From assembly GCA_964188305.1 (NCBI GenBank), contig OZ076886.1: a stretch of DNA of 64,000 nucleotides; one strand, 5' to 3'. Below, in pieces: positions 24,694 through 37,158 of this stretch. The translations under genes and the position numbers were made by a program. Below the pieces are notes generated by a model, which was given only the letters and a program-made list of their open reading frames with translations, was not told the DNA's origin and did no database searches. The DNA is from Podarcis bocagei. Lineage: Eukaryota. Position 1 is the first letter of the stretch. Every line of letters begins with the position of its first letter.

Positions 24694-25712
24694 TGAAGAT
24701 TAGTTTGTATTAAGCAGGTTCAAAACTGCAACATTAGTTGGTCTCATAGTCAAACTTAAGACAACCAATTGAGCAGAAACCTTCAAATAACGGCCAGTAT
24801 CTTAAGGTTTCACTACTCTCACTAGGAAGAATAAATTGAAGTGGGCCCATGTGCTATGCCATGGCAATTAAGTCTTGCATACAGTTTTTGAAGGAACAAA
24901 TATTCACACCATATGCTACGTGCCACTTTGGTATGCTACGTGCAGAGGGGCATATAACTCTTATTATAAGTAAGTAAGTAAATAAATAAATCTGACAAAA
25001 GCATGCCATGCAAAAATGCATCTCCAGTTAAAAGGACGTGAAGCAGCCTGTGCTGAGAAAGTCCCCTGCCAAAGGCTCTGGAGAGTTGCTGCTGTTTATT
25101 TTATTCCTCTACAACCCAACTCCACTTGACAATAAAACAGAAAAAAGAACTATAATACAACTAAATAAATCAGTATAAAAAGTACATAGAAGCTAAAATA
25201 AATGATGCATAACACAGACCATATAACAGTATTAAAGCTGAAGAAACAAATGTGCAATAATTAAAACCAAAGAAACAAAGTAGACAAATTGGGCTTGGGA
25301 AAAAAGATTTCAGTGGATGTTGAAAGTATAACAGGGTTGGGTCTTGTTTCATTTCTAATGGAAGAGAATTCTAGAGAACTGGCACCACAGCTCTAAAAGC
25401 AGGTTCCCAAATCACAGTGTGCATTACCATAGGGATGTGTGTCACATTAAAACAAATATTGGACTCCATGGGGAAATCCCTCATGGGCCTGGAATAAGAC
25501 AACTACTTAAGTGAGAGCATTGATCAGGGATGTGGAGTATGTGGCCCTCTAGGTGTTACTGGACAACATTTCCCAGCATCTCTGACAACTGGCATCCTTG
25601 GAAACTACTTAAAACTGAAACCAGTTTTAGTCAGACAGGTCACTAGATGTGAATAATTCCAAGGAAACAGAATGGAATGCTGCTCGCTAGTTCTAGCTAC
25701 CCTAAAGGGCAG

Positions 25713-25758
25713 ACTATTCTTATTCTTACTATTCTTACTATTCTTATTATTCTTATAA
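25713..25758. repeat. (TATTCTTAC)-type short tandem repeat
   Basis: ctattcttattcttactattcttactattcttattattctta. Other simple repeats: (GT)n 5855-5874, A-run 6583-6603, (TAC)n 14620-14647. Confidence 0.85.
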
Positions 25759-26870
25759 TTTGTACAGACTGAACAAAGCCCTAAGTCTCTGTGTCATGCA
25801 TTATTAAATACCCATACAACCACCCTTCCCAGCTGAGTAGTTTGCTGCACCAGAGATGGGAGTTTCTGAACTACCTGAAGGCCTCAGCCTGAAGGGGAGC
25901 TTCTTTTCAAACGTTTGAGCCTTTTTCTCCCTATTCATCTTGCAGTTCCTGCAAATGGGTCCAAATTCCATTCTCCGCTAGAGATCTGTAATGCATTTGG
26001 CCTCAATGCTATCACGAGCACCATAGGTCCCTTTGGCCTATCCTTACACAGCTGGTCTTTATCCACATCCTTAATATCATATATAAATGCACATGTACAG
26101 TGACTCCAGCCCATAAATATTTATGGCAAAGGAAATGCAATGCACTATGTGGAGGAGTTGGGTAAAAGGAGCTGTGTGAAGAATGCCAGGTGTCACTTAA
26201 GTTTCCTCTTCCCCTGTCAGACAAAGGAAGCACTTATGAGACCCCAAACTAAAGACAGTGATTTTCCCTGTAGCTATCTAGAAATCAGCACAAAAAGCAC
26301 CAGTATCAGGCTTCGAAGAAAACCAACTAACTTACACACACTATCCTAAGAAAGTGAATAACTGATAAAAGGCACCGTCTTAATTTCTCTACGTTTTGAT
26401 ATTTTTACAAGGACATATTTGTATAACAGTCACATGATATAGGCAGTCGCATTTTCAGTCCTGTTCCCAATGATCCCCCTAACATGAAATCTTTTCCACA
26501 ACTGCCATACACTGGGTTGACATCTTCATTGAACGGTGCTAATATTCAGTAGAATAGTATCAAGGCAACAACTTGAAAACAAGTTAAGTTACAAAGTGAA
26601 AAAAGGACAATAACTGAAACATTATAATGGAGTCAGCCTGTGAAAATGCTCTCACTCCCATACCAAAAACCATAATTGCAGAGGATTAACATGGCCTTTT
26701 TGTATCAATTTTAAAACACTTATTTAGTTGTTTATGCACTCTTTTAAAAAAAACTATTTTGAGTTTTTATTGTATACCTGTAAATCACATTGAGATGTAT
26801 GCAAAAGGTGATTCATACAACAAATAAATATATAAGCAGCAACTTGGAACCAGAAGAGAAATGCACCTAC

Positions 26871-26960
26871 CTTGATGTTGTTCTGCAGGCAAGTGCTCCT
26901 TCAGGTAACTAAAACCAGGGCTCCTCAGTCAGGCAGTGCATGTCAAAGGCAGCACAGACC
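26871..26960 (-). other. Candidate non-coding (5'UTR) exon 2, 90 nt
   Basis: Acceptor ccttatcttgtcctctcttcatctacatgcctttctag and donor CAAG|GTAGGT. Stops in all three frames. Confidence 0.55.
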
Positions 26961-29010
26961 CTAGAAAGGCATGTAGATGAAGAGAGGACAAGATAAGGAG
27001 AGCTTGGTCTTGCACTCCTGCTCTTCCTTTTGGTGCTACTCCTGGCCTAGCTCAGTGGATCTTAGCTAGCAGAACCATCACCTGTACTATAGCAGCAGCA
27101 ACAGTTTATAACTTACACGATGAGCCGGAACTTCCATTATAAGAGGCAACAGCCACAACAGAAGACTAGAAAGCACATCACATGCACTTCTGCTTAGCAA
27201 TGACTCCCTTAGGACACCATCTCATTATTCTCCAAATGCGGTTCCCTCTCCAGAATCTCTGGTTCAGCCATCTATTCAGCGCCAAATGAGACATCACGTG
27301 AGAGATCCATGATTAATCTCCTGACATATTTATTATGACTCTAAAGCAGTCGTGGTGAACTTCAATTTGACTGGAGCAGTGTTGCTGGAAAGGGGGGGGG
27401 GTGATATTTGGGACCTTTCCCCTCATGTTGTTTTCCTGGTTTACATGCTCCCCACCCCATCAGCTGCTTCTTTGTCCTCCAGGAGGACAGGCACAACTGC
27501 TCTGATCCAATACAAACTACTCCCATCCTGTTTTAACAGGAAAAAAATCCAGAAATTCCAGGCATGTGTATCTTATTCTCTCAAACCATCTCCCCGCCCC
27601 CCTCGTAACAATCCAGTGTTTGTCTCTGCCTTTTATTTCTGGTTTCCATGCTTCCCCCCTAAGAGTTACTCAACCTCCATTGCAAATGGGCTTCATTCCA
27701 CTTTCCTTCTGCCACGTAGATCATCCCTAGACTCCTGTCCTAGCCACTCTGACAGATTAGTCACAGAGATAGGTGTGCTATGTGGTAAGGGAAAGATAAA
27801 CTAAGTTGATTCCAAATTAGTTTCCATGGTCATTTCCACATTTGTTTTAGATATCAGTTTTTTAAAAAACACATTTCCCTTTTTAATCTTCAGAATTTTC
27901 AGATGTGTATTGATTCTGCCTTCAATGTGAACACTGGGCTGTCCCAGTATTTCATGACAGCAGTGGCTACTTCACATTGGTTCCATTCCTTTCCCACAAA
28001 CATTCTGGCTGGCAAGATTCCATCTCTGCTGAGAGTCCTGCTAAGTTCTCACATATGACAAATGTTGTACACTGGACTGTTCCCATAATGTTGCTGGCAA
28101 GGATCTCCCCCACCTCTGAATTGATGATCAGTGTTGTCTGCACTGACAGCACACAAATCAGGGAAGAAAAAGGGACAGAGAATGACCAGAATTAGTCCCA
28201 TTAGGATGACCAGAACTGGTCCCATTAGCCAGAAAGAGATCAGCACAGATGAAGCTGGCAGAACCCTGTGAATGTGTATGAGTGTGAGGCTCTTGTGTCT
28301 CTTGACCATTACAGTCTATTCCTTTGCATGAATGTATTAACTTTCTCTAATTTATTTTAGCTACAAACTTAGGAGCTTTGAGACTATATATATATATTCA
28401 TTCTGATTTGGACATTATAATACAAATGCTCTGAAACTTATAGAAGACTTGACCAAGCACCTGTTTTATGAACCCTCAGTGGGAAACACAGCCCATGTTT
28501 TCATGGAGGAGTGGACAACATGCTTTGCTCATGGAAGCTCCCAGGAGCAATCCTTGGTACCTCCAGTTAAAAGGATCACTGAAAGATCCATGCCTGAGAT
28601 CCTGGAGAGTTCACCACCTGAACTGGGTGCTCATATTTATCAGGCTTCAGTGAGCTCCAGATCTTTGTCGAACTTGGTGGTTTGTATCCAGCTTAAACTT
28701 TGTCAGGCTCCACTTGGAGCTCTCCAAGGTCCTGTTTCTTGCCTGAATTCCTGTGTGCTCTTCTGGTCCCACTGATGAACTCTGCCCCTAGAATGAGCCA
28801 ATTGCCTGTCTATGGGAATATGGTAATGGTTAGGAAGTCAGCAGGGAAGTCAGGGTGGGTTAGTAGGCTTAGACACGGAAGACTGAGGTTCAAATACCGG
28901 TTCAATCATGAAGTTCGCTGGGTGATACGGCAAATGAGAATAATTTCATACAGACTGAAGAAGTTACAAAACTGCTGATCTCTGGTGTAAGTCCTATAAT
29001 TATCAGTTAA

Positions 29011-29368
29011 AAAGGTAAAGGTACCCCTGTCTGTTAGGTCCAGTCACAGACGACTCTGGGGTTGCAGTGCTCATCTTGCTCTATAGGCTGAGGGAGCCGG
29101 CGTTTGTCCGCAGACAGCTTCTGGGTCATGTTTCCAGCATGACAAAGCCGCTTCTGGCGAACCAGAGCAGCGCACAGAAACACCTTTTACCTTCCCGCCG
29201 GAGCGGTACCTATTGATCTACATGCACTTTGACGTGCTTTTGAACTGTTAGGTGGGCAGGAGCTGGGACTGAACAAAAGGAGCTCACCCCGTCATGGGGA
29301 TTCGAACCGCTGACCTTCTGATTGGCAAGGCCTAGGCTCTGTAGTTTAGACCACAGCGCAACCCATGT
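29011..29368 (-). mobile_element. Sauria SINE
   Basis: Reverse complement of the copies at 16585 and 22941; starts AAAGGTAAAGG on the plus strand. Confidence 0.93.
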
Positions 29369-30791
29369 TAGTTAGTTATATATCAGTTAGTTGTATACAA
29401 AAAAGAGACTTTAGTGGGACCCTAGACACTAACACAATTATTCTGGCTAACCTTTCACAAACCAAAGTCACCTCCATCAGATTACAAACATCAACAACAA
29501 AACAATGCGTTCCCAAAGGACAAGATTTATGTGTATCACACCCTGCCTCAGTTGAGCAGACTTTAACATGCTATTCAGCCTTATGATTCTACAAGACTAT
29601 GGAACTGAAGGTACCTATACTATCTTTTTTATTGCTACATCTTTTAGGATCATAGTTTTCCACACAGTTTAATCTGTGGAATTATTTGCTAGGAATGTTG
29701 TGGAAGTAAAGAATAAAACTGGCTTTAACAGTGTATTAGATTTATTTTTTTTAATAGACAGAGTCAATCCAGTAATGGCGTCAAGCCAAGTTGGTCAGGG
29801 AATACAATCTCATTATCAAGATGTTCCTCTCCTTGGCAGAAGCTGTGAGTAAATGACAGAAAATGGATCATTCAATAACGACCCCAGTGCCTTTTACGTT
29901 TCCCCTCATGCACCTAGTTTTAGCCACTGTCAGAAACTATTTTGGCTACCTGTACTTTGTTTTGACCTTGAAAGACAATTTTTGGAGGCTATTTTATCCA
30001 GATGCCAAGCACTGGATTCAGCAAACCAACTACATGGAAACACAAACAGGCAGGGACTCCAAATCCAACTAAACTTCACAATCCATTGTGGGATTTAAAT
30101 CTGCTGGTCAAACACAGAATCTTCTAAGGAAAAAAGAATAATTGCTGCAATTGCACTAGTTACAATGTATGCATGCCTGGATCCCCATGTAGAGTCACCA
30201 GTTCTTAAAATTGGAATGTCTATCTGATTCTGGCCAGGTTGTGAGCATGCAGAAGACCCTGCACATGCATGGAAGTAGCTCACAGTTGAATGTTTGATCT
30301 GGCTCCACTGAAAACCACTGTGCTGGATGGCGGCATCTGTGGAGTATGATATGTGAAGCCTCATTCACACCTGGCAACTCATAACTTCATATATCTTGCA
30401 GTTCTCAAGTCAGCAACATATGCATGTGTGAATCAGCTCCAAGCCTAATGAAAGTGAACTGTGGGACTAATCTGGAACCAGATCCTTCTTATTTTATGTA
30501 TTCGATTACTGCGTTTCACAACCTAAACCACTCGAAGTATAAAACTGGAGTTTATATAAATCACCCTTGCCAGAAGGAAGCCGGATCTTCTCTGCAACCA
30601 CATTAGTCTGGTGCTATGATAAGGTTTAACAGGGTTTCCTCATGCAAGTTCATTTTTCACCCCCAAACAAGCCATCTTTTCTGAAAGGTGATGCATGGAG
30701 GGTTCAGGAACCTGTAGACAGACAGCTCAAGGGAGAAACAGGATAAAGAGGCTTATCTGCTTCTCCACAAACAACTTCACTTGCACTAAAA

Positions 30792-30927
30792 CAGTGATGG
30801 CCAAACTTGGCCCTCCAGCTGTTTTGGGACTACAACTCCCGTCATCCCTAGCTAACAGGACCAGTGGTCAGGGATGATGGGAATTGTAGTCCCAAAACAG
30901 CTAGAGGGCCAAGTTTGGCCATCACTG
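30792..30927. mobile_element. hAT MITE (near-perfect hairpin)
   Basis: TIR CAGTGATGGCCAAACTTGGCCCTC / GAGGGCCAAGTTTGGCCATCACTG, 8-bp TSD CACTAAAA (30784-30791, 30928-30935). Confidence 0.92.
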
Positions 30928-33900
30928 CACTAAAAGGTAAGAAGAATCAGCAGAAACCACAGTATCAGGTACAGCCCTTCTCTGCTACCTATAGCAACCT
31001 TCTTCCACACACAAAGCTTGAATATTCCAGAGTAGATCCCAATCTACCTTCTGCCCACAACAGATCCAGCCAATCTGAAGCAGTTAATAGTGACATTTTA
31101 TACACATTGACTCGGAAGCAAGTCTTATTGAGTTCAGTAAGATTTGTTCCCAGGAAAGCCCAAGTAACACTGAAGGCAACAGAGGAAGGTAAGCATACAC
31201 ATATTTATTTCTCACGGAGACAACTCTACGCAAAAATGCTTATTTTCTGTTGGATTGTGTCCGAAGATTTTATTGTATATGGGTCAATATTTTTTAAAAC
31301 AAGCAAACAACATATGGGCTAGTGAGTGCAGAAAGTAATGATAGGAGAACCAAGAAATCTGGATTCCCCCCCCCCCCATCACTGATCTGGCTGTGTCTCT
31401 CCAAACAATGATCTTGGCCTTGCTTATATTCTGCTCTCAGGACTGTCCAGGGCAAGATGTGTGGCTCTTTCTTACTATGTGTGTTTACTGCTCATCTCAC
31501 AGGGGATTCTAGGTGCTACTGTAACACAACCAATGCAATAATGATCTCCTTTTCTCATGTAAAAAAAATAAATCTATGAAAATCCTGTTGGGCCTGTTTA
31601 GCTATCTCGAGTACAAACTGCTCCAAATAAAACACTAGGAAGGGTTAAGGTGTGAACTCAATTTCTCATCTACCTCTCCAAGGTGTTAATAGCTATGTCT
31701 AGCTGGGATGATTTCAATACTAATGCTGGTGCACACAGCAGTTGGAAGAAAGAAACCCCCAGCTGCATTCAAAGGAGTTTCAAAGCTCCATCTTTATATG
31801 TAGAGTTTTCTCTTTTGTGATGCTTCTGGATTCTTCTGAACAGGAAATAATGGTGCTACCAGTATCCCAGAAATGGTACAAGGGTGATGATGCAAGCTTT
31901 CTAACACAGGGATGTAGCCCCCAGGTGCTGTTGGACCATAACTGGCCATGTTGGTTGGAGCTGATGTGAGCTGGCATTCAATAACATTTGGAGGGTTACA
32001 AGGTGCCCTGCCCTGCCCTAACACCCGATTAGTGGAGAGTGACTTCTGGCAGAATTTTTGTGTGCTTCCCCATCTCCAGGCATAAATCTTATTCCCCAAG
32101 CAGAAGCTTTGAGCCATCTTACAAACCATGGCTGGTTTTCGTTGTTCACTATGGAACACCGGCTTTTAAAACTTTGTTCCAGGAAATGCTGGGGTTCTTT
32201 GGAAGCTCAGCAAGTGGGGCTGGCACACGATTAAAGAAATCTTAGCCCAGATATTTGAAAGTAGGTAAAACAATAGCTCTGAAACAAGACACATACTTTG
32301 TTTTAATGATGTATGTGTTCTAGCAGGTAGCCTTTTTAGGAGAAACATTGTCTCTTGTGTGAAAGAAAGGAATGCCTCCTTCAAGACATAACTTGCCACC
32401 TGTAGTTTTAATAAGCTTTGGTTGTATCCGTAACAACTTTTTTATTTTAAAAATATGCTGCCTGGTTTATTGGAGGACACTGATTTAATTAATTAAAATG
32501 GTTTTCCATCCATTAATCTTAACAGATAGATTAAACATTGCACCCTATCATAGTTGAGAAGATCAGTAAAGATGGAAAAGCTTCCCTAAATTGCAACATG
32601 ACTCTGATACCAACCTTAAGCTGCAGTTCTCACAGCCAGAGAAGAATACTAGATGTGTTAAGTGTTGTAGTCCTGAGAGGACAAAAATGAGGTTCACTGC
32701 ATTTGGCTGGTGCTCTGTGAGAACTGACTGTGTACATTAAATCTTGGTCTAAATCAAAGTAGAAGCATCTTACAGCAAATCCTTGGCAGTCAAGTCAATG
32801 AGGATGAAATGATAAACTGAAGGTACACAGTTTGAAGATCACTAATACAGAGCATATACACTTTTATGTATTTGAAATAGGTTGCTCTCCACATAATCTG
32901 TACAACAGACAACTCACTACTCTTATCATCTTGTTCACTGCCACAGGTGCATTCAGTTATCATGTTGTCTGCTGAAAGCATCAACATGTTGCCACCATAA
33001 TTTATGCGCTCCATAAAATATCCACAGATTTTTGCCACATGTCTGTATTTGTCTGTATTTCTGGTTCACGGCCAGCTTAGGAACATGGTTTGGGGAAAAT
33101 GACACAATAAGGCAAGACTCCAAATATTACCAGCTGTCCAAATATTTTTGTTCCACATAAATATGTGCTTGCCCTACTCACTTCATCAACCTTGGCTTTC
33201 CCTTCCTTCCCCTTCCCTCTGTTGTTCTCTTCTTATCCCATTGGATAAGCAGGTGTTGCCCACAGTGTTGGAAAAAGCAAGTAAAGAAAGCCAGGTCGAG
33301 ATGGGGGGCTTTTATCCTTCTGAACAATAGCAGAGAATAGAGTGATCCAGACTACTTGGAAGAATTCTAGCACTCTTGTACCCCTACTTACTATAGGATT
33401 TCCCCCTCCCTCCAATCCTATATAGAAAATGCTGAATGCATTAACAGACGTAGTGACATGATGAAAACCACAATTAAACAATACCACGTTACCACTACCT
33501 CAACAGCTACCAGGAGTAAGCACTTTGTCACACTCTGAAAATGAAAAAGGTGTTCAGACCTTTGCCATAAGATCAAATCTGATACCCAGTGCTCAGCAGT
33601 GCCACATCTGACCTGGCTAAAGGTGCCTTTGTTCAAGTATCAGGGAAAAGAAGACATCCCCCCTACCTTTTAGTGCATTTTATGAAGTAGATTTATGTAA
33701 TCCTAAATAAACCATCTTAATTTGTTATGAATAAACAAAGAGAGAACTATTGCAATCACTGTACAGATTGAACCAACCACCCCTACCTTCCAAACCATTT
33801 TTTGGGGAAAAGAGAAAATTGCTGCTGTTCTTCTGTTTCCCTTAATGAAGGTGGAAGAATGGTTAAGGGGAAAGTAATCCATATTACTCTGGATGACATA

Positions 33901-34471
33901 TTATTGTCATTGATCAAAGAAAGAACAGGATTTTAATCTTTGATTTATAAATACACCATTGTAAATAATGGTTTGATACGGGTATGGTCAAAAGATGATG
34001 TTGGTGCAAACTCCAAATTGCAATCTTGCAATTTCAAGAAATCAAAACAATTTGCATTTCTCAACAAAAACTACTATACATATTTTTAAAATACAGATTT
34101 CACATTCAGGGCAACTGCTACTGCTAATAATAACAACAACAAAATCCCACATTTTTAGTAACATAATAATATATCTCTCAAAACAATGTACATAAGAAAA
34201 ATAAATAAATAAATAAAGCAGGTCATACACATAACAAAAAACACCAAGATACAGCTTTAGAATAAAACATTTAAAATATATAACTAAACACACACACACG
34301 AGTTGCTATTTCACTATTGAGATCTGAGACATCTAGGGACGTTTTTGAGGTTGTGGTTTTGCTCAGGCCCTGTGTGCCTCTTAAGGTACACCAGATTCAG
34401 GTAGGTAGCCTTGTTAGTCTGACGCAGCCGAAATAAATAAAAAAATTAAAAAATTGTCCAGTAGCACCTTA

Positions 34472-34824
34472 AAGGTAAAGGGACCCCTGACCATTAGGTC
34501 CAGTCGTGACCAACTCTGGGGTTGCTGCGCTCATCTCGCTTTATTGGCTGAGGGAGCCGGCGTTTGTCCACAGAGAGCTTCTGGGTCATGTGGCCAGCAT
34601 GACTAAGCTGCTTCTGGCAAACCAGAGCAGCACACAAAAACGGCGTTTACCTTCCTGCTGGAGCGATACCTATTTATCTACTTGCAATTTGTGCTTTCAA
34701 ACTGCTAGGTTGGCAGGAGCTGAGACCGAACAACGGGAGTTCACCCCGTTGCGGGGGTTCGAACTGTGACCTTCTGATCGGCAAGTCCTAGGCTCTGTTT
34801 AACCCACAGCACCACCTGCGTCCC
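34472..34824 (-). mobile_element. Sauria SINE
   Basis: TSD AGTAGCACCTTA / AGTAGCGCCTTA (34460-34471, 34825-34836). Confidence 0.95.
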
Positions 34825-34859
34825 AGTAGCGCCTTAGAGACCAACTAAATTTGTTCTGG

Positions 34860-34897
34860 GTATAAGCTTTCGTGTGCATGCACACTTCTTCAGATAC
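34860..34897 (-). ncRNA. Minimal type I hammerhead ribozyme motif (Penelope-type)
   Basis: Minus strand GUAU-CUGAAGA-A-GUGUG-CAUG-CACAC-GAAA-GCUU-AUAC. Cores CUGANGA and GAAA, stem I GUAU/AUAC, stem II GUGUG/CACAC, loopless palindromic stem III AGCU. Confidence 0.85.
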
Positions 34898-35379
34898 ACT
34901 GAAAATAATTTTATTTATTTATTAAGGTACACCACACAGGGATGCATTGTGTGACACAACCAGGTTTGGAGCACAAAGCACCACGGTACCATGCATGGTG
35001 CTGCACCAGTCCTGTTCAGCTACGAGCCATCTGTTGCAGTGCATGTTTAGATAGCCAATGCAGAGATCTGATAACCAAAACTAAATAAAACAGAATTGCC
35101 ATTCCTTCTGCAAGACACAATATAGTTGCATTATCTATGCGGTAAAGCCTTTTAGGACTCCAGCCTCTGTAGAGACCTCAAAGCTGGTACATTTTTTAAA
35201 ATCCTTCCAGGGACTGGGGGCAGATCTGCTTATACATTAAATTCAAGAGGCCTTTATTTGTGTTCAAATCCCCATTTCCCCCTTACAGATTTTTTCCTAT
35301 TTGATTCTGGGGGTGTGAGAGTGCAGAAGGCATCGATTCAGATTTTGGTGAGAGGCCCCCCCAGTTGCATTATCTGTTG

Positions 35380-36900
35380 ACCTCGGCTCTACCAGAGCAG
35401 GCCCACTTCGCGGCCTGCGCCTATAACGTAGCACGGGCTGAGGGAGGGGCTTGTGCGTGTCTGTACGTGGGGGAATCCCACAGCACCCCACACATCGCTC
35501 CCCCCACACCCACCCGCCAGGCTGAAGAAAGCTCCTTTATTACCCTGTCTATATAAGAAGAGATTGAGCGGCTGCCTCCTCTCCCCACCCCGCGCCCGCT
35601 CTTGTTCTTTTCCCCTTCTTCAGCTCTCCTTGCCCGCTCCCTACCCCGTCCCAGTAATGAGAATAATTAACGGATGCGAAAGGGAAGACAAAAGCACCCC
35701 TGCTATTAATAGGAGCTGGGAGGGGAAGCGAGAGGAAATGGGAGGCTTTTGCAGAAGCCTCCATGACTGGAGGCTGGAGTGTCTGGTGAAGCCGAAATAA
35801 AAGGCAAAGCAGCCCGGAGCTCTTTCCCCCGTGCACACACCGCAGGCGCGAATAGATGGGGCTGCTTGGCTCGTTTGGGAAGGAAGGGAGCGAGAGATAG
35901 AGAGGTGGCTCCTCTCAGCGACACTAGCTAGGCCCTTTCCTGCCACTGCCGGAAAGCAGAGCCAGGAAAAGCCGCCGGGGGGACTCGGGGAGGTGGGCGT
36001 CCGCCTGGCTGGGAGAGTCGCCCTTTCCACCTGCGTCCCAATCCTTCCTCCCCCGCCTCGGCGCGTCCACCATTTCGGAGCCGGCGAGCGGGAAGCAGCA
36101 GCGGCGGCGCGGACACGCCCAGCCCCGAGGGGGTTAAAGAGGCACGCTTCCCTCGCTCGCTCGCTCTTTGCTGGGCAAGAGGCGCTGGGCCTCGCCGGCG
36201 GGGCGGCTGAGGGAGAAGCGGCGGCGGCGAGCGAGACGACAACACCACAAACAGCCATAACCCACCTGGGCGCCTGGCGCAGCGTGTGGAAGGAAGGGCT
36301 CCTGCGGCGCCGGCCGCCCGGGTCGCTCCGCGGAAGGGGGCGGGGAGCGGAGTCGCAGCAGCAGCAGCAGCCGGTGCCTCGTCGGCTCCCTTTGCCCTGC
36401 ACGGCGGCGCTTCCACTCCCGGCTTGGGCGAGGGGAGGGAAGAGCGCGCCGGGTGGGGGGATCTTGCGGGCGTTGCTAAAAATAGCCGCCTCGAGCCCGG
36501 CAGGGAGGATCGCACATTATCTATACATTGGTCGTAGCGGCGGCGGCGGGCTCCAGTCCATTGTTTCCTTGCAGCCGCAGGGGGAGAGCCGCGAGGCGGC
36601 GAAGAAGGCGCGCTTTTCTCTCTTTTTCTCTCCCTCACGTCGTTCCTGGAGAGCGAGCGGACGTGTCAGGCAGATAGAAGGGGAGGGCGCGGGGCAGAGC
36701 GACAGGCGCGCTTCTGCACCGCACAAGCCGTTTCGGGGCCGGGAAAGCTCGGGGTTGAGCGACAGGATTGGGAAACGCTGGGTTGGGGGGGGGATAAGCA
36801 CGTTTAAGGCGGTGGGGAGAGAAGAGCGGAGCCACCCATTTGCGGGCGGAGTGGGGAAGAGGCACTTATTTGTCCCTCCTGAGAATCGACCGCGTGATTT
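35380..36900. promoter_or_regulatory. CpG island / promoter of the minus-strand gene
   Basis: Dense CpG and GC content not bounded by TE ends. MEF2 consensus sites CTAAAAATAG (36476-36485) and CTATTAATAG (35703-35712). CCAAT on the minus strand at 36527-36531. Confidence 0.85.
36266..36450 (-). other. Candidate non-coding exon 1 (start approximate)
   Basis: Donor CCCAG|GTGGGT (intron starts 36265). GC-rich, ATG-free, with a short CTG run; just downstream of the MEF2 and CCAAT elements. Confidence 0.55.
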
Positions 36901-36986
36901 GGCTATCCTGTGATACTATGTGGAGATTCCTGCATTGCAGGGGGTTGGACTAGATGACCCGTGGGACCCTTTCCAACTCCACAATT

Positions 36987-37158
36987 CAGGGGTGCCAACT
37001 TGAATGAAATATTGGGTGGGGGGCAGGAAAGCCCCGCCCCGCATAATCGTTCACACGACGCACGCTATTTGAATGGCAATGTCCTTTTGGGGGGGAGCCT
37101 CAAATATTTTAGGGGGGGGAGGCGAAGGGACCTCGGCTTCTAGAAGTTGGCTCCTTGG
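36987..37158. mobile_element. hAT-type MITE inserted in a CR1-tail remnant (36925-37170)
   Basis: Ends CAGGGGTGCCAACTT / AAGTTGGCTCCTTGG, 8-bp TSD CCACAATT / CTACAATT. Confidence 0.7.

Larger units (their letters stand above)
34398..34905 (-). mobile_element. Penelope-like element terminal fragment, interrupted by a Sauria SINE
   Basis: GGTAGCCTTGTTAGTCTG...AGTAGCACCTTA|...|GAGACCAACTAAATTTGTT...AAGCTTTCGTG...CTTCTTCAGATAC. Carries the minimal hammerhead characteristic of Penelope-like repeats. Confidence 0.8.

Noticed and set aside
35641-36913. Long ORFs of 236-360 aa over the CpG island
   Set aside because: Overlapping on both strands, Ala/Arg/Gly/Pro-rich and without domains; explained by stop-codon scarcity in GC-rich DNA.
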